A stretch of 48,403 nt of DNA, filler included, from Sphacelaria rigidula (GCA_964200075.2; 2 parts of 2 records of this genome joined end to end with filler, not necessarily neighbours in it); one strand, 5' to 3'; counted from the first letter of the whole stretch, positions 1 through 12,892 are shown. Notes: generated from the letters alone by a model not told the origin. Made by a program: numbers and translations.

Positions 1-103
1 TCAATCCCTCACGTCCACGGGCTCATCCCGAGGAAGGGGAGGGGTTCAAAGTGTGAGAAAAAAAAAACTCCGGAGTATCATTTTCGCACATCAGAACGAT
101 CTC

Positions 104-389
104 TATAGGCCCCTCCTCGACTCAGAACAAGGTCACAAGACTGCTCCAAGGGCTTCCTCCCTCGCTAGGACTTGAAGATTTTCAAGACAGATGCTGTTCA
201 CGAACATACAGTCTTCGTCATCGGAAGTGACATATTGCACCTCCGTGGACACTTATAATGTCAAGCAGTCAAAGTCATACTCCAGAGTTATGACCTAATA
301 TCGTGATGCAAACCTCATATCCAAATCTCCTGCGTCAACCTGCAGCTCATCGTGCACCTGCACGTGTGCTAGAGGTGGACTACTCCACA
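104..389 (-). repeat. 3' LTR (286 bp)
   Basis: Aligns end to end with 4569-4859 (roughly 85% by eye). A 13-bp tandem duplication TACTCCACAGCAC sits at its inner edge (381-406). Confidence 0.9.
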
Positions 390-1699
390 GCACTACTCCA
401 CAGCACCCCAAAAACTCCGCACTACTCTAAATAGAAAGTGAGTTTGACACACAGTAGACATCGACAATCACGTTCATGCTACCTTCTCCCGCCTGTTGGG
501 GACACACGATCATGTAATGAATGTCATGTTCCACAAAAAAGAGTGATAATTTGCACAACCTTGAACGTCGACACCCAAAGACAACGTCTCACTCGGATTC
601 AGCAGAGTCAATAATTCGGTTAACGACACTTTCCAGGCATAGCATGCTCACACATTGCAAATGTGCCGAGCATGATATCATTTCGACCCGTAGTCTTCGA
701 TAATATCATGCACTCAAATATTTATATCGTACTTTCCCTTCACACGTGCCCCCACCTTTCGGATTGGTCCCATCTGACGCAGCTCAGAACAAAATACGAT
801 GCTCCTTCAAGACAAATGGGCACACCATCCACATGCCCCTTTAAATCAGAGTTGGAACACCATCAATGTTCTTGTCCAAACACGTAGCCATCAGAAGACG
901 TGCCACAGTCAAAGATTACTGTATTCGCGTATGATTTCTTCATCCTCAACAACTGGAAACACTCGCGCTATACCTTCTCACGTACAAGCTCACGCATTTC
1001 GTAGTTTTCGCTCACTTACGCCAACAGCAGCAATCGCCATCTCCAACAGTCAGGATGTGCCAACCGCACAAAAATTAGCCCAGTTTACTGCGCGAACAAG
1101 ATTATAGAGCTTCGCTGCACTCAGCACACAGCAGTATATTGAGAACTGCCTCACTCTGACTCTTCACAAGACACTATCCACATCAGTAATTTTCAAGCGA
1201 AAAGTCTACAAATGCATGCTAATAGCCCACACATGAATGCTATTTTTTCACTCAGCACCTTCTTTGCATAAACCATCATGAATCATGCGTGCTGATCAGA
1301 GGAGCACAACACGCACATACCAAACATCCGCTTGTACGCCGGCATTTCCACCAGTAAACGCGATGCGATCATACTCGCTTAACCGTATGCTTCATGCGCA
1401 AGCAGCAGCACACACGTGACCAGAAACCACCCCACAACCACCTACAATCGTCCACCAAACGATTCAGGTTCACCAGCCATGATGTCTTTCCTCATTCTCA
1501 ATAAGCAATCACACCAGTACTTTCTCCTCAACACCACCCAACCCAGCGCTCACCACAACATCAAGCACCGCAGGTAATGCCTTCCTCGTAGTTCTCCTGC
1601 GCTCCTGAGAAACAGCAGCACTCCGACTACAATCTCGTCTACACCACAAAGCGGCATTTTCACTCGAACAGTCGCTCCTCGCATCATAGGTACAGCTAC

Positions 1700-2170
1700 A
1701 GCTCGCATAGCTCTCTCGGAAACCGGTGTTCGATGCCCACTGCACGGCAGGTACCAAACCCACCCAGGCATCAACATCGCACCTTTCCTCCTGCAACATG
1801 GCCTTCAAGGTACGAACAATGTCACGCATCATACGCTCACATTCACGATGTGACCACGGCGAGTGGGCCAACACGAATCTGCGATCCATCAGCGCCTTCT
1901 CGAGCGCTATCACCACACGATTATCAAATTGCGATGCCGTATCGCTGACCCGTCCCTCCGGCGGCCCCAGCGCTTTGCACCATGTCAACAGATGCTTCAC
2001 CGTCGTCGCCGCCGAACGAGACTCCGTGGGTTCCAACCACACGAAGTTGCTCAAGTCATCCATCATTACCAATATGTACTTGAACCGATCTCCTTCGTCC
2101 AATCCACTGTCTCCCCGCGGACCACCCTCGCCAACACTGAGAAAGTATAATTGCATCACCTCAAATGGAA
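1700..2170 (-). pseudogene. Retroviral-type integrase core (rve) remnant
   Basis: EVMQLYFLSVG...KYILVMMDDLSNFVWLEP...VSDTASQF...SPWSHRECERMMR...WVGLVPAVQWASN matches the gypsy integrase DDE core, with the first D lost. Confidence 0.85.
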
Positions 2171-2639
2171 TTTCTTGGGCGTTGCAATCGCCGCTCTCGC
2201 CTACACCGCCTGCACACCGCAGTACATGAGCCCGAGCGCCACCAATTGTGCGATGCAGCGTGCGAACCACGGCATCCTGACCGGGGAGTATGCCCTCGGC
2301 CAAGCCTCTGCCTCCAAAGCAACAGCTTTGAATTTCACCTTCAAAGGCTCAATGCGAGCAGGCGGATAACCATGGAGCACTCGCCGAAGAACGTCCGCTC
2401 TGTTCCGTACAAGCTCACTACTCTAGCTCACGCCGTTCTCCGACATGCCGTTATCCGCGGAGGCCTGTCTCGCCTCCTCCGGCGCAACATCAAGCTCAGC
2501 AAGCTCTTGTTCCGGGGATATGCTCATCACCGCACCTCTCGATGACAACCGCTCGACCAAGGAATAAACGGGCTCCGCCCAACCCCCTGGTTGCTATAAA
2601 GCGCCAACCGCGATACTGACACGCCGACAGTCCGTAAAA

Positions 2640-3010
2640 TCAGGCGCATTTACACCTCGCACCGAGGTTCTTCCTTGCATGTGCACAGGCGCCTGAACTA
2701 CTGTTCACGTCAATGCCCAGCGCCTCCAGCATAGGGCTCCCCATGATTATTACATCATTTTTATCCGGCATGACCGCATATGAATATGGGTTCAACACAA
2801 CCGGTCCCCAGCTGGTGTGTAAAGCGGTTTGGACAGGGCAAATTTTCTGCTTCACGCGCTCAACGTTGCCGTTCACCAGCTTCACCAGCTGTTCCCCAAG
2901 CATCGGTGTGACCACTCGAACATCTGGATCCATAGATTGCAATTTCGTCGCTACACTCACTGACATGGTCGTAATTCCAGATCCGAGCTAAAATTGCCTT
3001 GACCGGACAA
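2640..3010 (-). pseudogene. Retropepsin aspartic protease remnant
   Basis: KAIL[frameshift]GSGITTMSVSVA (active-site D-S-G disrupted near 2985) and a C-terminal DVIIMGSPMLEALGI motif. Confidence 0.75.
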
Positions 3011-3090
3011 ACACTTTGTGCCCCTGCACTCGGTACAGACAAGTCGGCGAGACACCACATTTCCTCGTTATTTACGTGTATTCCCTCGGA

Positions 3091-4394
3091 TTAAAAATCT
3101 GACCCCTCGCCCGGTTTAAGCGATCTCCACGACAACACCGCCTCAGATGTCGGACCCGGGACTGTTTCCCCTGACATGGTCTGCTGTACGCGTTCAGTAG
3201 AAACGATTGGTTTTGGCGGCAGCATCGCTCCACTGCTGGGAATATCCCCTCCATCGGCTGCAAATATAACCCTTGTAGGGGCAGGACTCTTGCCCCCTCC
3301 TCGAGGCACCTGTCCAGGTCCTTGCGACAGCTGCTGCTGTTGTTGCTGCATGTCGCCGGCCTTCGACTGCCCACTTGCAGTATGTTGTGGAGCAGCAGCT
3401 TGGCTTTGCTGCTTGTAATTATTCAGAAAGTGGCCCTTGTCTCCACATGCGAAACAACCCGCATAGCTTGGGGATGATATCCGAGATTTCCCGAAACTAG
3501 CTTTCTTAACTACCAGTGGTCGCCGTTTTTTACCATTCGGTTGGTGCTTGGACCCGGAGGGCCCGCTGCCGCTCTCCTGTTTCAGCTGCGGCTGGTGATG
3601 GCGCTGTTCATCAGCCGCTTCCACCGCCTTCCATGCCTCTGCTACTTACCGAGCCGTATCATACGCGAGCCCAACGTCCTCATTCCACCCCCCCTTCATG
3701 TGTAAAATGTTGAGAGTTTTTGTCTTGAATTCAGGGGGGATCATTCCAGCGAGCAATTCCCGCGTAATAACTTCAGGGGGTCCTGTTTTGAACGTCTGAT
3801 CCTCGCGGAACGCGCGCTCGATGCTTGAAGTTTCGGCGAAAAACTCCTCGAGGACACTCCACTGCCCCTCGATTCTACCTCTGGCAGTCGGCTCGTTACG
3901 GGCGACTAACGCCTTCCGTACACCAGCTGCAGCAACTGAAGGATTGATCTTTGTATCTATCCAACATTTTGCATGTCTGCCGATGGCCTCCTTCAGTTGA
4001 TCATCGCGTACCGATCCTTCGGAAATTGTACGTGACAGACACGCGCGAATGTGCTTAGGCACGAGTTCTGTCACGGCCAATCCTTTTGCAACCCACTGAC
4101 GGTTTTGGTTTTGTGAATCGGTATCATTTTGACTTGGAAATGACTAAAAATGATGCCGATTCACAAAATCAGAAATCGTCTTCATAAAGCGGCCTGTACT
4201 GTAAGCCCCTTGTTGCTCCATTGTGCAGTTCCCTCGTAATCCTTATATTTCTGAAAGAAACGTCTGGAGGCAGCTTCACTGACGTGCCGTCCGTACTCCG
4301 GTGCTTTTAGCGATCCGCCTGGCATAGGCTCAGTAAATATAAACGTTACCTCATCGCCTGCATCGCTTCCATCACCTCCCCTGCGCGCTGCCAT
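3091..4394 (-). pseudogene. gag: gag remnant (fragmented ORFs 4394-4182, 4080-3646, 3624-3091) with degenerate CCHC zinc knuckle
   Basis: CFACGDKGHFLNNY at 3415-3456 is CX2CX4HX4 with the last C replaced by Y; positioned just inside the 5' LTR; broken by stops and frameshifts. Confidence 0.75.
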
Positions 4395-4568
4395 TCATCC
4401 TTAGCTGCACGCAATTCTTCCAGCCAACGTAGCCGTCCCTCTGTTTTTCAGCGAGCTGCCTCGCGTTACAGACTGCACACCTCTGTGCACAGTACAAAAT
4501 TTGCAGAGACTCCGCAGCTGAAAAAACCCTTCCCCAGAAACCAGCGGGTTCCCTGACCAAACGTTTAT

Positions 4569-4859
4569 TATAGACCCCTCCTGGACTCAGAGCAAGGTCA
4601 CATAACTGCTCCAAGGGCTTCCTCCCTCACTAAGGCTTGGAGACTTCGAGACGGATTGTGTTTACGAACACACAGTCTTCGCTATCGGAAGTGACCTGTT
4701 GCACCTCCGTGGACACATACAATGTCAAGCAGTCATAGTCGCACTCCAAGGAATACCTCACGACCTGATATCCTGATGCAAATCTCATATCCAAATCTCC
4801 TGCATCAACCTGCAGATCATCATGCACCTGCACATGTACTAGAGGTGTACCACTCCACA
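4569..4859 (-). repeat. 5' LTR (291 bp)
   Basis: Second copy of 104-389; begins TGTGGAGT on the minus strand and lies upstream of gag. Confidence 0.9.
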
Positions 4860-5498
4860 TCTCTCGAACCCGTGGTCAGAGACGTAGGCCCGTCTTTACA
4901 ATACCGTCCCTGTTATTCCTGACATGTTCTCACCGTTCCTTCCGAGACTCGAGGCAAAAACCACACAAAACAAACAAAATAACACCAACTTAAACAAGGA
5001 GAGAGACATCGATAAAGAAGATAAATAGCTTCCCCCCCCCCCCCCCCAGGTCCATCGGCGTGAGATAAAAATAAACCCTTAACTTATTTTTATCGAATTT
5101 GAATCGGCATCATCTCAACGGGTGCTGAATCGTTTTGTGTGGGGTGGATGCGCTTCTCACACAAATCATCGTTTCTGAACGGTTTCTGAAAAGGTTCGCG
5201 CAAGAACTCGAACAACGTGTTCATCTCATGAGCTGTTCCAGCTTTTCCGCCAAATTATGCCATGTACCATTACACAACGCACATGAGTACCATCGGTGCA
5301 CACGCGGCCATTCGGCTCCCCTGTAGTGGAGTTTTGAAAATGTCATCCAACCTGGCGTCCGTTCTCAAAGTCCCGTCCAGGGGATCTTCGGTATTCGAAA
5401 TCCTCTAGAGGATTTTCAAGGTTGGGGTCTCCCTCGATTGTCTGGGTCAATATCGAAACCTTCTGGATTGTTTTTGAAGGCACGCATGCTATGGAAAC

Positions 5499-5600
5499 TG
5501 GAATTTGAACAGCCTCTGCTGTTCGATTTAAATCCTTTATCCAAATTTGGAGTCGGGCATAAAGGATTCATTTCGAGCAGCAGGGGCTGTTCAAATCCCA
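5499..5600. repeat. ~100-nt hairpin (42-bp arms, 18-nt loop)
   Basis: 5499-5540 and 5559-5600 are reverse complements with 6 mismatches in 42. Confidence 0.85.
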
Positions 5601-7124
5601 TCTACACTGGCAGATGGAATTCGTAAAGCAAAATGTGTTCGACATCAATCGTCGTTTCGCCCGTCAATTCATCCTGTAATTGGGCAAAGAAGGAGCGTAT
5701 TTGCCAGCAGTCTCTGCCGTTCAAGCCCCACATAATTTACCGTAATCAGCGGATGAAATTCGAGAAGCAGCAGAAGTTGTTGAAAAATCATCTTCTTGCC
5801 CCCCAATTCATATGCTAATTGGGCAAAGAGATCGAATTTTTCAACACCCTCAACTGTGTACAAATCTCACACACTGATTGCGAGTGTATGTCCACATGGC
5901 CGCGCTGTACGGGTTTGGCTGGTGGGTATGGTGAAAGGAGAATATACCTCCCTTTTGTGTATACACAGGTTTCGAAAAACCCGTAGTCCATGGTCTACGG
6001 AATGAAAATCAAACCATTCGTTTTTTATTATACACCCGAAAAATTATGATCGCGGTATATACTGTACTTTGATGGCGCTATGACGATCACAACGATAAGC
6101 ACGCAGTTTGGTGCTGTGTACTGGACTGTACAATGCCGTGCAGGACAGTACCATATCTTGCTTATACACGTGCGGTGTAATATACTGCAGAGTTAGCGCG
6201 CCACATGCGCTACGTATGGCTATACAAAGTGGATGCCTGTAACTTTGGGTACATGGGGGTGTTATATGCCGTCAGCTGCTGTAGTATACATCACGGTGCG
6301 CGGTCTTGCAGCATGCGCACAACGGCAGTCAGTAAGATGTGAAAGGGAATCGGACAAAGTACAGTACAGATAGCGCAGGACTACATATGTTTTCTGTTCA
6401 CAGTGCGACGTGGAAATGACTTGAACAGCGTTGGCAGCTTTGTCTATGCCTGCACCGTCCATGAGTGTGTATGCAATGAGCCGGTGATTCCGCGCACCCT
6501 ACCCCGCGTGGTTCCGCGGCCGCGCCTGTGCCCAAGTCGTGCTCTTTGCTGCAGGGTTGTGGTGGTAGCTGGGAATAAGTGTTGTGGGGTTTGCATGGTT
6601 CGATCTGTGAACTCGGCGGGTGATACATATCTGACGTGATGGTCCATAAATAAACACGAGATTGTTGGAGTCTCAAAGGCGCCCTAAAGATAGTTAGGAC
6701 ACAAGTGTCGTCCAGAGTTTTGATGTAGTGCGAACTCCAGAGGTGGATTTACACACTAGAGAGTATCGTTTCCCCAAATTTCCCCAGGGGCACCCTCAGT
6801 AAAATTATGTGCTCTAGGGAATCAGGTGCCCTCTGGCAGCTTCGTTTACTGTCCACTCCAGAGGCATCATGGACCACCAGAGGGTCCTCCAGAGGATAAA
6901 GATCACGATAGAGGATTTCCAAACAGGAGCCGAATAGCCGCGTGTGTGCCCATGAATCTTGGCTATCGATCAGTTGAGCGTGGCGGCGGGAGCCGCCGAA
7001 ACCCTTGTATATATAATACATATGCAGGTGTGTGCGATGTATACCTCATTGGAACGTTACCACCACCTAACAGCGGGTTTGAGACAAGCGACACCCGGTT
7101 TTCGCGTCGACGCTAGTACCGTTG

Positions 7125-7601
7125 TATGTACATGTATCATTTCACTTTTTTCACCACTTTTGCCGAGTTTTCTCTGGCGGCAAAGCATCTCATCACGCGC
7201 CTTCTTTTGCAGTGTACGAAGAAGGCGCAACGGTACATTGCCGTTCAGGTTTGGGTGTCATCTGATACCTGCGGCGCGTGTTCTGGCCATCGAAAGTCGC
7301 CCGCACTGGCTCTTTTTTGCGGGGTGTCGATCCCGAGCCACAAATGCCTTCTCAAGTTCATGAAAAACTTTAAGCAGGAGGATGATTGTTTGCGGGGTAT
7401 TCCCCCCCCCGTGTTTCTCTTCGTCGGGTTCTCGTTCATTTGGGAGCACGAGTCAACCGCTTATGCCGCCAATATCACGAGAACATGAGAGCGATGCCGT
7501 TAAAAACAGTTGAACATTGCCTTGGCCTTAGTCAGCAGCAAACACCAGACCGTGCGGTGAGCCTTTGACGAGTTGAACAAGGCATCACGTGGGCAAACGT
7601 C
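7125..7601. repeat. Interspersed repeat family A, full copy
   Basis: Colinear with 44435-44911 over both ends (TATGTACATGT...GTTGAACAAGGCA...AACGTC) and with 9431-9674. Confidence 0.9.
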
Positions 7602-8204
7602 CCCACTGTGGTTCAACTGTGTAAAACCAACAAACGGGGGTGCCGCAATCCCTGTGATCATGCAACCCGTAGGATGCACCAGTGAAATACAGGCGCAGGG
7701 ATATTCTTGTGACAGGGATGACAGGGAGAATTATACGAGTACGCACCTCATGTATATTTCGACGGCTTACCGTATTATCAGTACAAGTCAAGCGTTACTT
7801 TGCTTGTGGATTTCTCCGCCGTGTCTGAACGAACCAGCCTGCAAATTGGCACAGAGGCAGACCACAACACAGACAGCATATTCCCGGATCGGCAGCACGT
7901 TTTACGTGGTGGGCCAGACGCACGAAGTTAAATCGGATTCTGGGCAATGCCATCGATACGTCCTCAAAACGGAGTCTCCTCGGCCCAGACAGTGTGTGAG
8001 CCGTCAGTGAATGCATATATGGACACGCAGATGCGCTCACTTCCACATCATGACCTACTGGGCGGCTCCTGCCCCGGCAAACGAGCATCGATCCGTAATA
8101 GGTACACTCTGGATGATGTCATTTTGCGCGATGCCTATCTTGGTATCGCCTGTAGAGGTACTCACTTCAGGAGGCACGGTCGTGCAAGCGCTGTCCGTGC
8201 TTTT

Positions 8205-9411
8205 CAGTGTTGCGCCAAAAAAAAAAAGAGCCAAATGTACGCCGATTATCGCATACAAGAACCATTGTATAAGTTACCAGCTTGGATCATCCGCAAAGTA
8301 GGGGTAGTTCACATGAGCGAGGTGCCCCAGAGGGACGACCTACGACCCTAGGCACGGCATATCTGAAAAGCTATGTTCAAGGCTGGATCGTCGGCACAAG
8401 TTGCAGGTCGAGAACGTGATAAATATCCCGCGTTCGGTGGTGTGCATGGTGTTGCTCGGTGCGGGTGCCTTGCGGGCCCTATTGTACGACGATAGGTGAC
8501 GACCACGCTTGGTGTTCCAGCGCACCACCGCGCCCAGGGCGTAGTATATGGAGTGTGTAATCCGCTTGAAAAAGAAGCATCTCATTTACTTTCGTTGCAC
8601 TGGAAAATGCCACAATCGTTTGCATGCAAGTCTGGCGGCGCAGCTGATGGATTTGAAATTTGAAAACTCCGTCATGACCACTATATAAAGTGCAGTATAA
8701 TACGCTGATGCAATGTACGGTCTACAGACAGTATACCCGTACCGTAATACTACATAATCGCATATGATATGCGGCGTAATCAGGGCGTAACCGCATCTCA
8801 TGTTTATTTGGGTACTTTCCTCAGGCAAACCACCATTTTTCAGTGCAACTTGAGTTATGGATTTCTCGCCTGTGGCTGCGTGTTCCATCATGGAACTTTG
8901 CACACTAGTTGGTCACAACACAGGCAACATACGCCCGAGGCATCCACGCGATTGGGCCTGGGAACACCGTACAACATGGCCCCAGCCCATTGTGGGGAAT
9001 GCCGTCCATGCGCTCTCAAATCAGCCATGCAGCTCGCCAGACTTCGCGCACTACAGGTTAAAGCATATGTGCACGCGCAGATGCACAAACTTGGACATTT
9101 AGCGCGGCTGGGCGGCCGATGTGGTAGAAAACTGACACCAGTCTGTACTGCAGTCCTCTCTGGATCATGACCATCTGTAGTGCACCGATCGGCACACAGT
9201 CTGTAGAGCTGCGCATTTCATGACGCACGACCCTACGCGCGCTGTAGCCGCTGCGAGGCGCTGAAACTTTGCTCATATGTTGCACGAACCTCAGTCAACA
9301 GTTCCACGTCGCTATACCTAGTATTGTGTGCTGCAGGAGTGCGCACTGGAGGGAAAAGTGGTCAGGTTTTGTCACGATGTTTTTTCGTTTTTTTCTTTTG
9401 GCGCAACACTG
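8205..9411. mobile_element. Non-autonomous TIR DNA transposon (1.2 kb)
   Basis: Perfect 16-bp TIR CAGTGTTGCGCCAAAA (8205-8220) / TTTTGGCGCAACACTG (9396-9411), continuing into A/T tracts; TTT on both flanks; no recognisable transposase. Confidence 0.65.
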
Positions 9412-9430
9412 TTTGACGCGCAATGTATAT

Positions 9431-9674
9431 TATGTACATGTGTAATTTCACATTGTCACCGCTTTTGCCGAGTTTTCTCTGGCAAGGCATTTTTTCCCAC
9501 ACGTCTTATTGCAGCGCACCGAGGAGGCTCAACGGTACATTACCGTTCAGGTTTGGGCGCCATCTGATACCTGTTGCGCGTGTTCTGGCAACCGAAAGTC
9601 GCTCAAACTGGCCCTTTTTCGCGGGGTGTCGATCCCGGACCACAAAATCCTCTTCAAGATCGTGGAAAACTTGA
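9431..9674. repeat. Interspersed repeat family A, truncated copy
   Basis: Same TATGTACATGT start and TTTTGCCGAGTTTTCTCT / GCGGGGTGTCGATCCCG blocks; similarity ends near 9674. Confidence 0.85.
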
Positions 9675-10066
9675 CAAAATATATTTTCGACTTGCGTCAC
9701 CCCCGGGAGGCCCGTACCAACCTCCCGGAGGGGAATCTTGTAACAAGTATGATGTGAGAGTCCTGCGTGAGAAAACAAGACAACGCGATCGACTGTATTT
9801 CTTCTCTGTGTGGACACCAAGTACGTGTTCACACGTCCCTGCTTCAGAGCTCACGATTGGAAGTCCGTCGACGTATAAAAAAACGAGGGCGAAGTGACGC
9901 AAAATGGCGGCACATAAAGCGCATAACATTCCCTCTTTGGGGCCCCCTACGAGGGGTGGGGCTCCGGTGGCCCCTGCGGGGGGCTTGTTGGCACCTTTAG
10001 CGAGCACCGACAGGTCCCCGGCTAGGAGCCATTATTTTCTCCTGCTAAAGTCTTCTGTGTGTAAGA

Positions 10067-10510
10067 AACAGCCGATCATCGAGATTGAGGATGGAGCTTT
10101 TTATCGAGGATGAGAACAAGGACGATTTAAATATTCGTATCGACACCAAAACTTCGAAATATGGTTCCATTCCATCACCTACTGGCAGCTATTGATAAGT
10201 ACTACACGTCATTCAAATATGTATTTTGATAACCGAAATGTTGGGGTCCTAGGTGGAACACATTTTTGGGGGAATTGCGGCGATCCGATCGCATCACATG
10301 AATTCCCCCAAATTGTTTCTTCATCTAGAACCCCAAAAATTCGGTTATCAAAATCTACATTTGTAGGCCGTGTAGCAGTTGCCAAAAGCTACCAGTAGGT
10401 GAAGGAATGGAACCATAATTTGAAGAGTTGGTGTGGATACGAAGATTTTAATCGTCCGGGTTCTCATCGTCGATGAAAAGCTCCATCCTCGAATTCGATG
10501 GTCGACTGTT
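10067..10510. mobile_element. Fold-back (palindromic) MITE-like element, ~210-bp arms
   Basis: 10067-10276 and 10301-10510 are reverse complements (about 80% by eye) around a 24-nt loop; AAGA duplicated on both flanks (10063-10066, 10511-10514). Confidence 0.85.
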
Positions 10511-11859
10511 AAGACCTGTTTATCACAGCAAATTTCACGTGGTGCTAGGATTCAAAGCTATTGTACTCTGCTGCACTGGCAGTCACTGTTGGACGGTACT
10601 ACAGACACGCTGGGTATATCATGGGGTTTCTGTGTCGGGATGGAGCGGGGTAGAACGCACTTGGCGGGGTGGCTGACGATCTGCCAAGCCCCGATGGGAG
10701 TTTTGAGCTGGTTCATGCTCAAAGGTCAGCTGAGCGCCGATTCAATATGCCATATTTTACGCCCCCATTAGAGGGGAGTACAGTAGCCTCATTTTTTTGT
10801 GATCCGTAACAAATAGACAGCTACTACTCGTATCTGCACATCGTGGTCTTCACCGCATTTCCGCGCTGTCAATACACACACTACTGTCCGTACAAACAAT
10901 ATATTCTCGCTATTCCTCCGCACGGTGTAATTATCTGAATAATTTTCGGAGCATCGTTTGATCGCGCGTGTCTTGTTGTAAGCCCACTGCGGCAGAGTGC
11001 AGTGTACGGTGGACCAGAAGTATCATCACGCGCTGCCGGATTCCTAGGGTACGTGTGACAGTCTGAAGTGCACATGTACCTGAAACTTGGCCTTCAGAAA
11101 TGGCCAATATGATGATGAAAGTGAAGTGGACGTCACGATCGAGTCGCCCTTGTTCAAAGAGCCTGAGCAGTTGATAGGCATATCACCATCATGGAATGGG
11201 GGCATGGTGGAGAACGAATTGCTTTGTCGACTCCGAGATGCCGACAGGTGCGAGGGGAAGGGGGTGTCCTTGTGTTCTCGTGTTTTGCTCTATGGAAGGC
11301 GGGGCAACTGGTGCCGGTTGTCAGTAAATTATGCCGCACCCGAAACGAGTCGCAATCGCGCATTGCGCATTCATTCATCACAGTAACACAGGAACACCAA
11401 CCGTTTGCCATGGTTCATACATAGTGGATGATTTACAACTGAATTATTCATATTGAAGCGAAGGTGGTATACATGAGCATTGTCGTGGCGCTTATGCGCT
11501 GTATCGCAAAACGTTTTCTACTGTAGTACCTCTCCCCGCGGCACTGCACTTTACACAACGATGATGCTGTAAACGCAGTAGCGACATGACGTGGTTGACG
11601 AGCGCAAGGTAGCGAGCCGGTTTATCATGAAGAACACTACAAACGCATTGGCGGTGATTCGAGTCCACGAGGGGGGGTAAGAGTCCGTCGGAACCACAAC
11701 AAGCATGCGTAGACGCGGAGCCATCGACGCGGGAATCCGCCTGGAACAAGGTGCTGTTGCGGGTTAAGCATGCCATGACTCGCCTCCACCCCCTCCGCCG
11801 CCGACGCTGCTGCTGCTCTTTTGTCTCCTTGTAGCGTGTCGTAGCAACCCGGCACTAAA

Positions 11860-12892
11860 ATGATTTTCGACGGAGAAAAACGCCCTGCCATTGTCAGTAG
11901 CAGCGCACACGTTGATGACGGAAGCGAGGCCGTTGCCGCACAAGCGAGTGCACTTCTCGATCCTAGCGACATTTGTCCAAACTCGGCAAACGAATCGAGT
12001 ACCTTCGCGACCGCCGAACGGAGCAGTAGTGGTGGCGGGGGGTCATCGGCAGCGGCCATGCCACGAAGACCGAGTTCTACCCCGGGATCGTCGTCAAGAC
12101 GGCGCGTGGGAACGAAGCCCCGGTCTCTCCGGCCGAACAGCGGCGTCGTCAAGTCTGATTGCGAAAATAACAACCAAAACACCCATGTCAGGACCCGCGG
12201 TGTCTTGTATGATCGCTCGATCAACTCTTGCGGTCGGCACTTGAGGGCACTCAGCGCCTCGGAGGAGAAGAACATGGAGAAGAAGGGCCACCATCAACGA
12301 GATGCAGGAAAGTCGACAAGCTTAATTTCTCTTACAACGATATCGACGCCCACGACGTTCACAACAGGATCAGGACTAGGGCTAGGCCTGGAATTTTTGG
12401 CTTTCCGCGACAAGTATACAGACGTTGTGGTGCGCGAGGCCAAGGCTAAGATTCTGCTGGCTTGCCATGAAGTGAGAGAGCGATACAATTAGTTGAAGTC
12501 CGCACTGAATAGCGGCCATTTCCTCATCTCTCTTGCGCACACCAGTCTACGAAGACGTTTTGAGTTACCACCAGCGGTTGTAAACAACTTTATGAATGCC
12601 CGTGCAGATTGTCTTGAGCATAGCCAATTCCTCACCGTCAATATTGCAGGTGGGCTTGGTCAAAGGTTCTTACCACGTCTTCAAAAAGAACAAAGCAAAG
12701 GCAATGCCGGAAATTAAGAATTTATCAAAACCCCGCGAACACAGAAATGTATGCTCACATACATGTCGATTTTTTACAGCTCTCGTGACACACCTGAATC
12801 CCAGCACCGGAATCTTTCGCCACCACGGCATATCTCTGACCACAGCTTCCAAATTCGTGCACCCACGTTGTGAGGGGTCAAGAAGTACCTGA
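11860..12892 (+). pseudogene. Possible decayed coding sequence of unknown, probably TE-related, family
   Basis: ORF 11860-12492 continues in the same frame after one TAG (12493-12717), then in a shifted frame to 12892. Protein-like text (RDKYTDVVVREAKAKILLACHEVRERY), but no family recognised. Confidence 0.25.

Larger units (their letters stand above)
104..4859 (-). mobile_element. Degenerate Ty3/gypsy-type LTR retrotransposon with internal deletion of RT/RNase H
   Basis: Direct repeats at 104-389 and 4569-4859 (TATAG...CTCCACA), flanked by a 4-bp TSD TCTC (100-103, 4860-4863). Minus-strand order: gag with zinc knuckle, protease, start of RT, integrase core. Confidence 0.9.

Noticed and set aside
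4540..4568. Primer-binding site of the LTR element
   Set aside because: The nearest TGG is 9 nt from the LTR and could not be matched to a tRNA 3' end by eye.
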